A DNA stretch of 64,000 nucleotides from the NCBI RefSeq assembly GCF_964204645.1, contig NC_134032.1:13690275-13754274 (forward strand), read 5' to 3'. A program made the translations under genes and the position numbers. Under the pieces are notes generated by a model that was not told the origin of the DNA, did not search any database, and saw nothing but the letters and a program-made list of their open reading frames with translations. This DNA comes from Tubulanus polymorphus. Its lineage: Eukaryota > Animalia > Nemertea. Below, in pieces: positions 15,001 to 27,190 of this stretch. Within the stretch, counting starts at the first letter, position 1; every line of letters begins with the position of its first letter.

Positions 15001-15878
15001 AATACAAACCACTTATATTTCTAATCAACGATTGACTGTAAGTGTGAAGGGCTTCCAGTGTTCAGGTCCCTCGGATTAGAATAAAAATCTCTGTGGATTT
15101 GCGATTATCAACCTCTTACAACCTGGTACTGAACTGAAAATAAGTGAAAATAATAAATACATTTTCAAATTTAGAAAGCGATAGGCAGGATTTCTAATCT
15201 TACACGTTCTGCAGCACTAAAATCCCAAGTTCACCAAACATTGTCTCAGTAGGGTCGATTCACTAGGAGTTTCCATCCATTTTATTTGGTACTGAACATA
15301 GAATAAGAGAGTCTTCATGAATTAATTTTCAAACACAGAAACAAATAGGATGGATTTGGAATTTCTTGCAATTCTACTCACATTCTGCAGTACATGGATG
15401 CAATGCATACCAGACAGTCACTTGGGTAAATTCTGCAGCACAATGGATGTTCACCAGACGGTGAGTTTCACTGGGGAAAGACTCTGTAGTACTTGCAATC
15501 CTTTTTTCATGGCGCTGATCTATGAAATAGAATTCAAAATTCTTCATGAATACATTTTCAAACATAGAAACCAATACGGAGGATTTCCAATTTTACACAA
15601 TTCTACTCCTCTCCTCACATTCTACAGCACTTGGACATCAAGTGCACCAGAAAGTGTTTCACTAGGGGTAGATTCTGCAGTACTTGGAATCCATCTCTTA
15701 TGGGAATTAGCTGAAAATATAATGAAGGATTCATCAAGATTATATTTCCATATCTTGAAGACAATAGCAAGCATTTTCAATTTCCAATTTTACACATTTC
15801 TTTTCACATTCTACTAAATTCATTTTTCAAACAGTTAGGGCGGATTTCCTATCTCCAGTTTGACTCAGTTCTACTCAC
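1..15878 (-). repeat. Macrosatellite of ~0.8-1.0 kb units (at least 18 copies, truncated by the window's left edge), each built of four exon-like blocks and four short GT-AG introns on the minus strand
   Basis: The marker 'ctgtaagtgtc(a/g)agggctgctgctg' recurs near 905, 1725, 2547, 3545, 4251, 5047, 5864, 6597, 7627, 8325, 9266, 10112, 10914, 11879, 12703, 13659, 14500 and 15049. Higher-order duplications are visible (e.g. ~1380-2250 vs ~3180-4100; ~8330-10100 vs ~12720-14500). Confidence 0.93.
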
Positions 15879-16440
15879 ATTATGCAGCACTTTGAAGTCA
15901 AGTCCACCAGACAGTGTCTCGCTGGGGATAGATTCTGCAGTACTTGGATGTCAAGTTCACCAGACAGTGTCTCACTGGTGGTAGATTCTGCAGCACTTGA
16001 AAGTCAAGTTCACCAGACAGTGTCTCACTGGGAGTTGATTCTGCAGTACTTGGATGTCAAGTTCACCAGACAGTGTCTCACTGGGGGTAGATTCTGCAGC
16101 ACTTGGATGTCAAGTTCACCAGACAGTGTCTCACTGGGGGTTGATTCTGAGCACTTGGATGTCAAGTTCACTGGACAGTGTCTCAATAGGGGTAGATTCT
16201 ATAGCACTTGGATGTCAAGTTCACCAGACAGTGTCTCACTGGGGGTTGATTCTGAGCACTTGGATGTCAAGTTCACCAGACAGTGTCTCACTGGGGGTTG
16301 ATTCTGAGCACTTGGATGTCAAGTTCACTGGACAGTGTCTCAATAGGGGTAGATTCTGCAGCACTTGGATGTCAAGTTCACCGGACAGTGTTTCACTTGG
16401 GGTAGATTCTGCATCAGTCAAGTTCACCGCACAGTGTCTT
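15879..16440 (-). repeat. Tandem array of a 53-bp unit (~10 copies); the same motif is embedded in the macrosatellite exons
   Basis: Unit gattctgcagcacttggatgtcaagttcaccagacagtgtctcactggggg(t/g)(a/t), period 52-53 bp (e.g. 16090 to 16143). Bounded by a minus-strand donor (tactcac at 15872-15878). Confidence 0.95.
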
Positions 16441-16957
16441 ATTTAGAACAAATTCTGTACTTCGGATGTCTCATCAGCGTTGATTGCATCATCAGAAATT
16501 TCACAATTTGCAATTTTTCGCCGTGAATGAAATAAACGGAAGAGAAATCATGTAATAAAATCACAATCAATAAATATCCCAAGACTTTATAAGTGAACAG
16601 TAAAACTAAGTCAAGTTTGAATCCTTTAGCGCTAGAAGTAAGTCTCAAATATACAAAATGTCTGAATATCTGAAAAAGCCGACAATATGGATCGACAGAA
16701 CATTTTGAGACGTGCATATTTTTAGCAGTTTTAAAACAAGTAAAAAGCATCACTCTGGTACATCCCATCCCAGGAATTGTCAAAATTTCTGACTGTTAAG
16801 TGTCAGTTCTTATAAATCTTGAGTTTTATTCCAACGAAAATACATTACACTGAGGCCACAATTTTGAATTGGATCACATAAAATATTCAAATATTTCTCC
16901 CTATGATTTTTATCCGTTATAACTTAGAAATTTCGAATATTCATCTAACATTCCAAA

Positions 16958-17382
16958 TTCCTCGTCCGAGCTAAACTTATTCCAGTGGTTTACAAAGACG
17001 GCCGACACCTCTTTCTTTCTGTTTTGTTCTTTTTTGCGCCCGTGAATTACGCTTAAACATGTTCGAGGTGATTTTTTCAAACTGTTTTAAGGTGCGTCCC
17101 CGCAGACAACTGAGGCTAGGATAGAAATGCCCGTATCCCTTGACGCACAGGACTACCCTATCGAGTAAGTGATCATACACACGATACTCTCAGGCCCCGG
17201 AGTCCGCGGTTCAGTAAAGGAGCGTCCGATGCCCTGATGCTATCGTCCTCCCCGGGCGGCCTTTCGCCATCCCTGTCACCGAGCATATTCACTTTAAGGG
17301 CTACCACCCCCCTTACCGCCACCGCTATTTTTCTTCCCGCCGACTCGCAACCACAGAAATTAAGTTTAGCTCGGAAAAGGAA
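16958..17382. mobile_element. Non-autonomous DNA transposon/MITE with ~35 bp imperfect terminal inverted repeats
   Basis: ttcctcgtccgagctaaacttattccagtggtt at 16958 is the inverse of aaccacagaaattaagtttagctcggaaaaggaa ending 17382; the interior is GC-rich. Confidence 0.6.
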
Positions 17383-18257
17383 GAACCCGAATGGATTCAA
17401 TCGGATTTATACGTGTGGTCAGGTTTGGGTTCGTATCCCGAGGCACCGAGCACGACGTATTTCGATGTGACCAGTTTGTCACTAACGTCACTGATTCTGA
17501 ATAAGTTCCCGAAGTGAGATTAGAAATGAATCAGCGAAAATAGAGAATTTTGAAATCATAAGAATAAATATCTGCATTTTTATGTATCCAAAATAGAAAC
17601 CAGTATTATTAGACCTCGTGATTGAACAAATGAATTTTGAATTTTGATAGTTATAAATTGGAAAAAGGTTTAGAATATTGAGCTATTTGACAACCACACG
17701 TGTGTCGATGTATTTAGTTAGAATTCACTCAAAAACAGTCAAAACACCTCATCGACAACTGGTCAAATTGTTGTCTTCACAGCATATCTTTTGATTCCTA
17801 GGTATTCGAAATCAAAAGGATTCAAACCTGACAGAGAAATTTATATCAATGATTCTTTGAATGATTTTACTCACCTTCTGCAGCACCTGGATGTCGAGTT
17901 TTCCAGTTCATCAGAGTTTAGCATCACACTGGAGGTAGATTCTTTAGCACTTTGGATGCCAGGTCAATCAGCAGTAAGTTCACTGGTGGAATAGAAATAG
18001 AAAAAAAGCTTAATAGAATTCAATATCTTGGAAATCTGGAAATTTTCACCAGATTTCACTGCATATACTCACCAGCTCTGGAGTCAGCTAGGGCTGTGGA
18101 TGTATGACTCGAGGTCATATTGTTCAAAATGTGGACAAGTCCATACTCTGAAATGCCAAAAATACATTGGTTCAAATGTAAATATTTCTTGAGTCTGATT
18201 AGGGTATGCCCTTAAGAGTACCTATAGTATTTCGAACCTACACTAAGCATGAGTAAT

Positions 18258-18990
18258 TTGTTCACTTATTTCTCCACAGTTTGAAGAATGTTTGTTCTCT
18301 CATCTTCGTTAGTAATGAAAAGCGTTCCCATCCGCGTAACTACGACATCACTACATTCCCACTTCTCTGACTGTAGTGTGGATTAGGAGAGGGAGGTTTT
18401 GGTTTGGAATGGGGAAGGGTACAGGGAGTTCACAGGTAGGGTAGAATGGGGCAATGTGATAAGGTTAGGTCTGGGTTGGATAATGCAGGGTGTTTGGTAT
18501 GGCTGGGTTGTCGGATGATGAGTTTGCTAGAACTGATCGGGGGCGGTGTATATGGTAGGATAGTTTAGTGTAGTTAAGTAGGTGTGTGATAAGAGAGAAA
18601 GGGTGATGTTAAGGCAGTACAGAAGTGATGGTGGTAGGGTTAGGGTAGAAGGATGAAGCGGGGTAGGGTAATAGGATAGAGTAGGACAGGATGTGGTAGG
18701 GTAAGGTCTATTTTGGATGGAGTAGGGTATTTTTGGTTTAGTTGAGGAGAGGAACGAGTTTTCTGTGGTTGGGTTGGGATGATTGGGCCGTATTCAGCAG
18801 GGGGCAGGGATGGGGACCATTTTTTTCCCTTTTGGGTTCCTCTGCCCCCTATAAGTCAAAATCTTTGTACGGCCCTGGATGAATGGAGTCCTTAGAAGGG
18901 TATAGGGTAGTGATATTTGATAGGCATACGGTAAGAGGCAGTGTAAGGGTGTTCAGGGAGTGAAAGCACTGTGTGTTATGGGGCAGGGTT
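18258..18990 (-). repeat. Dispersed repeat (GGGTAG/CTACCC-rich), copy 1; inverted relative to the copy at 28290-28900
   Basis: The reverse complement aligns along its length with 28290-28900 (e.g. gaagatgagagaacaaacattcttc, ccccattccaaaccaaaacct, ccctgcccca). Interrupted by a small GC-rich insert at ~18785-18877. Confidence 0.8.
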
Positions 18991-20741
18991 TGTCGATGGA
19001 ACACAAATAGCATCTTGCACGCGAGTAGCAGAGGAGATCGCTGTATGAGGGTCCTCTGTGGATAGAATCACCACAAACGAAGTAGCTAACACAAAACCAA
19101 AGGAACCGGAGGGAATGGAGGGTGTATGGTAGGCACCTTTACCCTCAGACCAAGAGCTTATCTCGACACAAAGGAACACGCAAGATATCAAGAGATGATC
19201 CCTGGAAGATTCTGAATTCAGAGGCATAAAGAAACACCAGGAATTGACAACAGGAGAATCGACATCACTCATTGAGGCAAGTGAAGGATTTTTGAAGCAA
19301 TGACGACGCAGATCTAAATATCCGAATATCTTTTATCCAACCCTATTACAAGCCTTGTAAGCAGCAAATGTTGAGAAAGAGAATTTCATAAGCCAAATAT
19401 AGATTGGTTGTTTCGTTCAAGGTTTAACGCATAGAATGATTGATAACATCATTCAATTTATTTCTACCACTTCCATCCAGTGGAACATGAATCGCTCTCC
19501 GCTCTCATTCTATCTCATTTGTCATGCCATTTTTCAGCACATCGTGAAGAGGCAGAAGTACGCAGACCACTGCCCGCCATCTTAGCCTAGAGGGGACTAC
19601 CCCACTTTTGTGCTTGGTGGCTTTAAGCTCACCTTTTTTTGAGTCGAGGTAGGAATAGACCACTGCCTACCCGCTAGGCGGACATTGCACTAAACCTTCG
19701 AATTGCTCTCGGACCCCACTCTTTATATTTTCCTTTTTTCATTTTCCTTTCATGGCTGGCATTCCTCGCTATGCATCAGTACCAACTGGCAGTAGTGTAT
19801 AGAAATAGATTGAAGATGTTTGATACCAGAAAGAGAACTTGGCTTGAAATCCCCCTCAACAATTTTCTAAAATCAGTAATAGAGTTATCGTGAATAAATC
19901 ATTGCCGATCAGAATCACTGGCTGCTGATATTTTTTGCATTTGCGGCATCATTGCTCCAACAAAAAAAGTCTCCATAACTTATTAATGAACTTATGAATT
20001 CAGCCTACTTATAATATATTCATCATCTGAATAGCCAACCTTCAAGAGCATCATTCTCAGCTTATCTTGCATGCTGTGTGTAACTAGAAAGGACTCAGGT
20101 TTCTAGATCATACTCGAGATATAGTTTATGAAATATTACGAGTAATGGAAACTTTTACAAATTAAACTCTAAAGACAATCAAAAAGCTCTGATCACTTAG
20201 TCAAATAAATTGAACTATACCAGTGGCAGATCCAGACGTGCAACCCGCCCCCTCATATTTTTTGCCGAGCAAAGAATTTTTTCAAGCCGCTATATAGATG
20301 TATATGAAAAAACTATATTTGCTGGATGTACCCGCAAATGTATGCGTTACGGAGGATTAACCGAATGAATCATTTTCTTTCTATTATATTGCAAAAGTAC
20401 TGAATGCACCTCATTGCATCTATTTTTCCAAAATTTTCTGGGGTAGGGCCCCAGACCCCCCTAAATCGCTTTGGATTGGCTTCGCCATCCTGTTGTTGCT
20501 TTAATTTGTGCCAGCTTCCGCCTCTATCTTTATGCTCCATCGACTGTTGTGGTGATTTCCAAGTTATGGAAACTTTTACAAATCACCTCTAGACAATCAA
20601 AAAGCCACATTTAGAACGCGATGAACTCGAACAAACAATATATCTACTAGTAGTCGAATAAACACGCGTGTATACTGTATCATAATTGTATCATAAGAAA
20701 TCCCGTTATTCGAATATTAAATAAAATCTGTTATTTTGAAA

Positions 20742-20783
20742 CCACAATGTTTCGGATATTGACTAACAGCCATCGTCAGGTGG
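20742..20783 (-). ncRNA. Minimal type I hammerhead ribozyme motif (Penelope-type), slightly degenerate
   Basis: CCAC-CUGACGA-U-GGCUGUU-AGUC-AAUAUCC-GAAAC-AUU-GUGG: stem I CCAC/GUGG, intact core, stem II with one mismatch, stem III palindrome disrupted. Confidence 0.7.
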
Positions 20784-20956
20784 AATGATCAGAAACACAA
20801 GTAACAAAGTATATATAAACTCACAGAATGAAAAGTAGTAGAAGCTATGCGTCAGAATCAAAGAATAACAGACCAAGCAATAAAAACACAAGGGATACAC
20901 CGTAGAAACCACAGAAATTCTAAACAGTTCGGAAAGTGTACAAATTATAAAACTAA

Positions 20957-23900
20957 AGCTGCGATCACACTAAGCGTTTTTGGCCTCAGCCAAATTTTAG
21001 CACTTTTAGCCTCTTTACACGGGTACCAGTTGCAATTCAAACACAATCATTTATCTCTATACTTTGGCTCGAGCCTGGTCAGTCGTTTAAGGCCCGGGCC
21101 AAATTTAGCTCGAGTCTGATCCATGCCAATTTGGCCCGGGCCAAATTGTCTCCGTGTGATCGCAGCTATAAGCCGCGATCACATGAGCATTTCTAGCCCG
21201 GGCCAAATTTGGCCTAGAACAACTGTTCACATGGGTGCCAAATGGGCTGAGCCTGTTTGGCCCAGGCCAAAGAGGTTGGACCAGGCCCGAGCCAAATTTT
21301 AGCACGAGACTACCGTGTGAACAGTTGTCCCGGGCCAAAAACGCTCATGCGATCGCGGCTATAACTTAGCACGAGACAATAGCCACGATCACACGAGGAT
21401 TTTTAGCCCGGGCCAAATTTGGCCCAGAACAACTATTCAAACGGATGCCAAATGGGCCGAGCCTGTTTGGCCCAGGCCAAAAAGGTCAGACCAGGCCCGA
21501 GCCAATTTTCAGCACAAGACACCCGTGTGAACAGTTGCCCCGGGCCAAAAACGCTCGTGGGATCGCGGCTATAATCTAGCATGAGACAATAGCCACGATC
21601 ACACAAGCATTTTTGACTCAGGCCAAATTTGCCCGAGCCTGTTTGGCCCGGGCCAAATTTGACCGGACCAAAAACATTGGACCAGGCCGGAGCCAAATTT
21701 TAGCATGGGACAAATGATTGCGTTTGAATTACAACTGGTTCAGGAAATGACCGACTTTGTTTCTGTGTGATCGCAGCAATAAGCCGCGATCACACGAGCA
21801 AATTTGTCCTGTTCACACGGGAACCAGTTGCAATTCAAATGCAATCATTTGTCACGAGCTAAATTTTAGCTCGGGCCTGGTCAGTCGTTTTAGGCCCGGG
21901 TCAAATTTGGCTTGAGTCTTGTCTGAGTCAATTTGGCCCGGGCCAAATCACCTCCGTGTGATCATAGCTATTAGCCGCGATCACAGGAGCATTTTTAGCC
22001 CGGGCCAAATTTGGCCCAGAACAACTGTTCACACGGGTGCCAAATGGGCCGAGCCTGTTTGGCCCAGGCCAAAAAGGTCGGACCAGGCCCGAGCCAAATT
22101 TTAGCAAAAGACACCTGTGTGAACAGTTGTCCCGGGCCAAAAACGCTCGTGCGATCGCGGCTATAATTTAGCACGAGACAATAGCCACGATCACACGAGC
22201 ATTTTTGGCTCAGGCCAAATTTGCCCGAGCCTGTTTGGCCCGCGCCAAATTTGACCGGACCAAAAACAATGGATCGGGCCCGAGCCAAATTTTAGCATGG
22301 GACAAATGATTGCGTTTGAATTACAACTGGTTCAGGAAATGACTGACTTTGTTTCTGCGTGATCGCAGCAATTAGCCGCAATCACACGAGCAAATTTGTC
22401 CTGTTCACACGGGTACCAGTTGCAATTCAAACGCAATCATTTTTCACATCTAAACTTTGGCTCGGGCCTGGTCAGTAGTTTTAGGCCCTCGCCAAATTTG
22501 GCTCGAGTCTAATCTGAGCCAATTTGGCCCGGGCCAAATCGTCTCCGTGTGATCGCGGCTCAAACATTTGTCTCGTGCTAAAACTTGGCCCAGAACGAGG
22601 GTGCCACATCGGCCCGAGCCTGTTTGGCTCGGGCCCATTTTTCAGACAGGCCTGAACCAAATTTAGCACGAGACATTAGCCGCGATCACACAAGTATTTT
22701 TGGCCCAGAACAACTGTTCACTCGGATGACAAATGGGCCCAAGCCAAACAGGCTCGGGCCGATGTGGCACCCTCGTTCTGGGCCAAGTTTTAGCACGAGA
22801 CAAATGTTTTTTGGCCCAGGCCAAAAAGGTCAGACCAGGCCCGAGCCAATTTTTAGCACAAGACACCCGTGTGAACAGTTGCCCCGGGCCAAAAACGCTC
22901 GTGCGATCGCGGCTATAATCTAGCATGAGACAATAGCCACAATCACACGAGCATTTTTGGCTCAGGCCAAATTGCCCGAGCCTATTTGGCCCGGGCCAAA
23001 TTTGACCGGACCAAAAACATTGGACCAGGCCCGAGCCTTAGCATGGGACAAATGATTGCGTTTGAATTACAACTGGTTCAGGAAATGATCCACTTCACTT
23101 CTGTGTGATCGCAGCAATAAGCCGCGATCACACGAGCAAATTTGCCCTGTTCACACGGCTACCAGTTGCAATTCAAACGCAATCATTTTTCACATCTAAA
23201 CTTTGGCTCGGGCCTGGTCAGTCGTTTTAGGCCCGGGCCAAATTTGGCTCGAGTCTAATCTGAGCCAATTTGGCCCGGGCCAAACCATCTCCGTGTGATC
23301 GCGGCTCAAACATTTGTCTCGTGCTAAAATTTGGCCCAGAACGAGGGTGCCACATCGGCCCGAGCCTGTTTGGCTCGGGCCCATTTTTCAGACAGGCCTG
23401 AACCAAATTTAGCACGAGACATTAGCCGCGATCGCACAAGTATTTTTGGCCCAGAACAACTGTTCACTCGGATGACAAATGGGCCCAAGCCTGTTGGGCC
23501 CAGGCCAAAGAGGTCGGACCAGGCCCGAGCCAAATTTTAGCACGAGACTACAGAGTGAACAGTTGTCCCGGGCCAAAAACGCTCATGCGATCACGGCTAT
23601 AACTTAGCACGAGACAATAGCCACGATCACACGAGCTTTTTTAGCCCGGGCCAAATTTGGCCCAGAACAACTATTCAAACGGGTGCCAAATGGGCCGAGC
23701 CTGTTTGGCCCAGGCCAAAAAGGTCAGACAAGGCCCGAGCCAATTTTTAGCACAAGACACCCGTGTGAACAGTTGCCCCGGGCCAAAAACGCTCGTGCGA
23801 TCGCGGCTATAATCTAGCATGAGACAATAGCCACAATCACACGAGCATTTTTGGCTCAGGCCAAATTGCCCGAGCCTGTTTGGCCCGGGCCAAATTTGAC

Positions 23901-24996
23901 CGGACCAAAAACATTGGACCAGGCCCGAGTCTTAGCATGGGACAAATGATTGCGTTTGAATTACAACTGGTTCAGGAAATGATCCACTTCGCTTCTGTGT
24001 GATCGCAGCAATAAGCCGCGATCACACGAGCAAATTTGCCCTGTTCACACGGCTACCAGTTGCAATTCAAACGCAATCATTTTTCACATCTAAACTTTGG
24101 CTCGGGCCTGGTCAGTCGTTTTAGGCCCGGGCCAAATTTGGCTCGAGTCTAATCTGAGCCAATTTGGCCCGGGCCAAACTGCCTCCGTGTGATCGCGGCT
24201 CAAACATTTGTCTCGTGCTAAAATTTGGCCCAGAACAAGGGTGCCACATGGGCCCGAGCCTGTTTGGCTCAGGCCCATTTTTCAGACAGGCCTGAACCAA
24301 ATTTAGCACGAGACATTAGCCGCGATCACACAAGTATTTTTGGCCCAGAACAACTGTTCACACGGATGACAAATGGGCCCGAGCCTGTTGGGCCCAGGCC
24401 AATGAGGTCAGACCAGGCCCGAGCCAAATTTTAGCACGAGACTACCGAGTGAACAGTTGTCCTGGGCCAAAAACGCTCGTGGGATCGCGGCAATAATCTA
24501 GCACGAGACAATAGCCACGATCACACGAGCATTTTTGGCTCAGGCCATTTGACCGGACCAAAAACATCGGACCAGGCCCGAGCCAAATCATCTCCGTGTG
24601 ATCGTGGCTCAAACATTTGTCTCGTGCTAAAATTTGGCCCAGAATAAGGGTGCCATTTTTCAGACAGGCCTGAACCAAATTTAGCACGAGACATAGCCGC
24701 GATCACACGAGTATTTCTGGCCCAGAACAACTGTTCACTCGGATGACAAATGGGCCCGAGCCTGTTTGGCCCAGACCAAAAACGTCGGACCAGGCTCGAG
24801 CTTAATTTAGCAGTAGACAAATGATTGCGTTTGAATTGCATCTGGTACCGGAAATGACCCACTTTGCTTTATTTAGTATCAAGTGAGTGCATGCATGTGG
24901 GCGCGCTCGGTCTTATTAGGCACAGGCCAAATTTGGCTCGGGCCTAATACGCGCCAATTTGGCCCGGGCCAAATCGGTTCTGTGTGATCACGACAC
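20957..24996. mobile_element. PIF/Harbinger-like MITE concatemer/satellite of palindromic GGCCCGGGCC-AAATTT units
   Basis: Begins AGCTGCGATCACAC after TAA (20954-20956) and ends GTGTGATCACGACAC before TAA (24997-24999), i.e. a 3-bp TAA TSD. TIR-like junctions (gtgtgatcgcagc..taagccgcgatcacac) recur internally, with a ~0.75-0.9 kb higher-order period. Confidence 0.8.
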
Positions 24997-26464
24997 TAAC
25001 CAAAATCTAATAGAGAGTTGATAATAATTGCTTATGTGGAGAAAAACCAGTATTTAAATTAGTAGATAAGTTGGATTTCGAAAGTTTAGAAATAAGGGCT
25101 GATTGCACAATTAGTCTCCTATGAATGTCTTTACAGGGATAAAACAAGTTGGCTATATTTCGAATTCTGAAAGTCAAATCGGTGATTAGATTAGTTGTTG
25201 AAACATGATTTGCTATCCTACCCTTCCTGTCTCTGGCTTAGGTTGGTTATGAATCAATTTCTTCTTCAATAAGCTGATTAAGATTACGTCCCGTCTCAAC
25301 GGTGTACATCATATTGCAGTCTTTATACGGTAGGCCTATCTTATAGACCCCAGCCTCAATTAGCTCTATGTGGGGTGGGTTTTTTGGTTAAAACCCATCA
25401 GGTGGCGTGGTCACTTGGGGCGTGACGGCGAAAATTTTGAGATATCAATATTGTCACCTCAGGCGTGACTGACCTACTGACCTAATTGTCCGCTAGATGG
25501 CGAACTAGTTGTATGTGCACTATAGCATGCTTTAGAGCTGTCTTACGGTCGTTGAGATGCCCAAACACTGATGAAAGGTGGCGGGAATTTTTGTGCCAAA
25601 AATATTAAGAGTTTTTCTTTATTCCCCACCGAAAGCGATTTATGAAAAATTGGTGAGTTTCTTCCTGTGCCGATGGTGCTTAATGTGGATTTAAAGCGTT
25701 CCAAAGTAGGTAAATACGGGATTATTCTTTTGAGCTCTGCGTTTTGCCTAAGGTCATATTACCTCCAAAGTGAAAAATTCGGGCTGCGAAATAAGCTTTA
25801 TTCAAAATTTTGTCTGGATAAGCTAGTTTCTTGACGGCAGTTGCCATGTGTTTGATTTTTTCATCTGAAAACATTTGATCTCAAATACGTAGAGCTCGAA
25901 GATATAATCCTGGGGCTATTCAAATGGCAATGTTCAAAGGAGTAAATGAGAAAAAATGAAGATAAGCTTCAGCATTAGTCGGTTTTCGATATAAAGAGAA
26001 TTTCAAATTTGTTTTGAAAATATGAGTACATCGAGAAACGGGATGCGGTTATTTTCTTCCCACTCAAAATCGAAATTTAAAGTAGGATATGAAGAGTTCA
26101 AATAATGTAAGAACCCGTTCAAATTGAAATCGAGGGCAACTAAACAGAGATATCACCAACGTAACCGCGCAAAAGTTTGGATTTGCAATCAGTGTAAAGA
26201 GGAAGAATTTCACTTTCAACGTATTCCAAAAATAAACCAGCTAAAACAGGGGAGAGTGGATTCCCCATAGCCATACTAAGGTATGTTCAAAGAAATTAGA
26301 ACCAAATTGAAAATGTAAGTTTTTTGTACGAAGTTCGATTAAATCCAAGAGACTATCAAAATCTGTGGTTTCTAGAGTATCCCTTGTGTTTTTTTTCGAA
26401 ATGAAAATCAGAAGTAGGTTTCAACTCTCTCCTAAGAAAATCCAAAGTAATATAAGAGAATAGC

Positions 26465-27190
26465 TCGCAACATCAAAAGATATAGATAATTTATCATGCC
26501 CAGGACTAAGATTTTTTGACATTCTAAATCCTGATTATGACGCAAGTGGGCATTCGAAAATGAGCCAAGAACCGGTGAAAGCGTTCTAGCCAAATATTTA
26601 GAAAGTCCTAAGATGGTGAATCGCAATTAGATATGATCGGTCGAAGTGAATACGCCCAACATCAAAAGATATAAATCTATCATGCCCAGGAATAACTTTT
26701 TTTTACGGATCCTGATTATGACGCAAGTGGGCATTCGAAAATGAGCCAAGAACTGATGAAAGAGTTCTAGCCAAATATTTAGAAAGTCTATAAGATGGTG
26801 AATCGCAATTCGATATCATCGGTCGAAGTGAATACGCCCAACATCAAAAGAGATAAATCTATCATGCCCAGGAATAACATTTTTTTTACGGATCCTGACT
26901 ATGACGCAAGTGGGCATTCAAAAATTAGCCAACAACCGGTGAAAGCGTTCTAGCCAAATATTTAGATAGTCTATAAGATGGTGAACCGCGATTCGAGATG
27001 ATCGTTCGAAGTGAATACGCCCAACATCATTCGATATAAATCTATCATGCCCAGGAATAAAATTTTTTTACATTCTAATAAATCCTGATTATGACGCAAG
27101 TGGGCATTCGAAAATTAGCCAAGAACCGGTGAAAGCGTTCTAGCCAAATATTTAGAAAGTCTATAAGATTGGTGAGTCCCAATTCGATCC
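26465..27190. repeat. Tandem repeat, ~183 bp x 4
   Basis: caacatcaaaagatat...tatcatgcccagga...gacgcaagtgggcattcgaaaa...tagccaaatatttagaaagtc starts near 26468, 26657, 26838 and 27021. Confidence 0.9.

Larger units (their letters stand above)
20640..25360 (-). mobile_element. Degenerate 5'-truncated Penelope-like retroelement (GIY-YIG endonuclease remnant plus 3' pseudo-LTR with hammerhead), split by a 4 kb insertion
   Basis: The minus strand from 25354 reads AGVYKIGLPYKDCNMMYTVETGRNLNQLIEEE, matching the Penelope GIY-YIG pattern GVY.I.C..C...YxGETGR.L..R..EH, with stops downstream. A minimal hammerhead lies on the same strand at 20742-20783. Outer boundaries are approximate. Confidence 0.75.

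Noticed and set aside
15879-16440. CRISPR-like array, or iron-responsive elements (CAGUGA) in the 53-bp unit
   Set aside because: Units are contiguous with no unique spacers, there are no cas genes and the context is eukaryotic. The CAGUGA is not closed by a 5-bp upper stem with a C bulge, so it is not an IRE.
64-16446. Listed ORFs in the macrosatellite as single-exon proteins
   Set aside because: They read through the predicted introns (e.g. ...VLQN|VSR... is the donor GTGAGT), start mostly at non-ATG codons, and their frames differ between copies.
20847-24862. Many Gly/Pro/Arg-rich ORFs on both strands
   Set aside because: Products of a GC-rich palindromic repeat; no transposase or other domain is recognisable.
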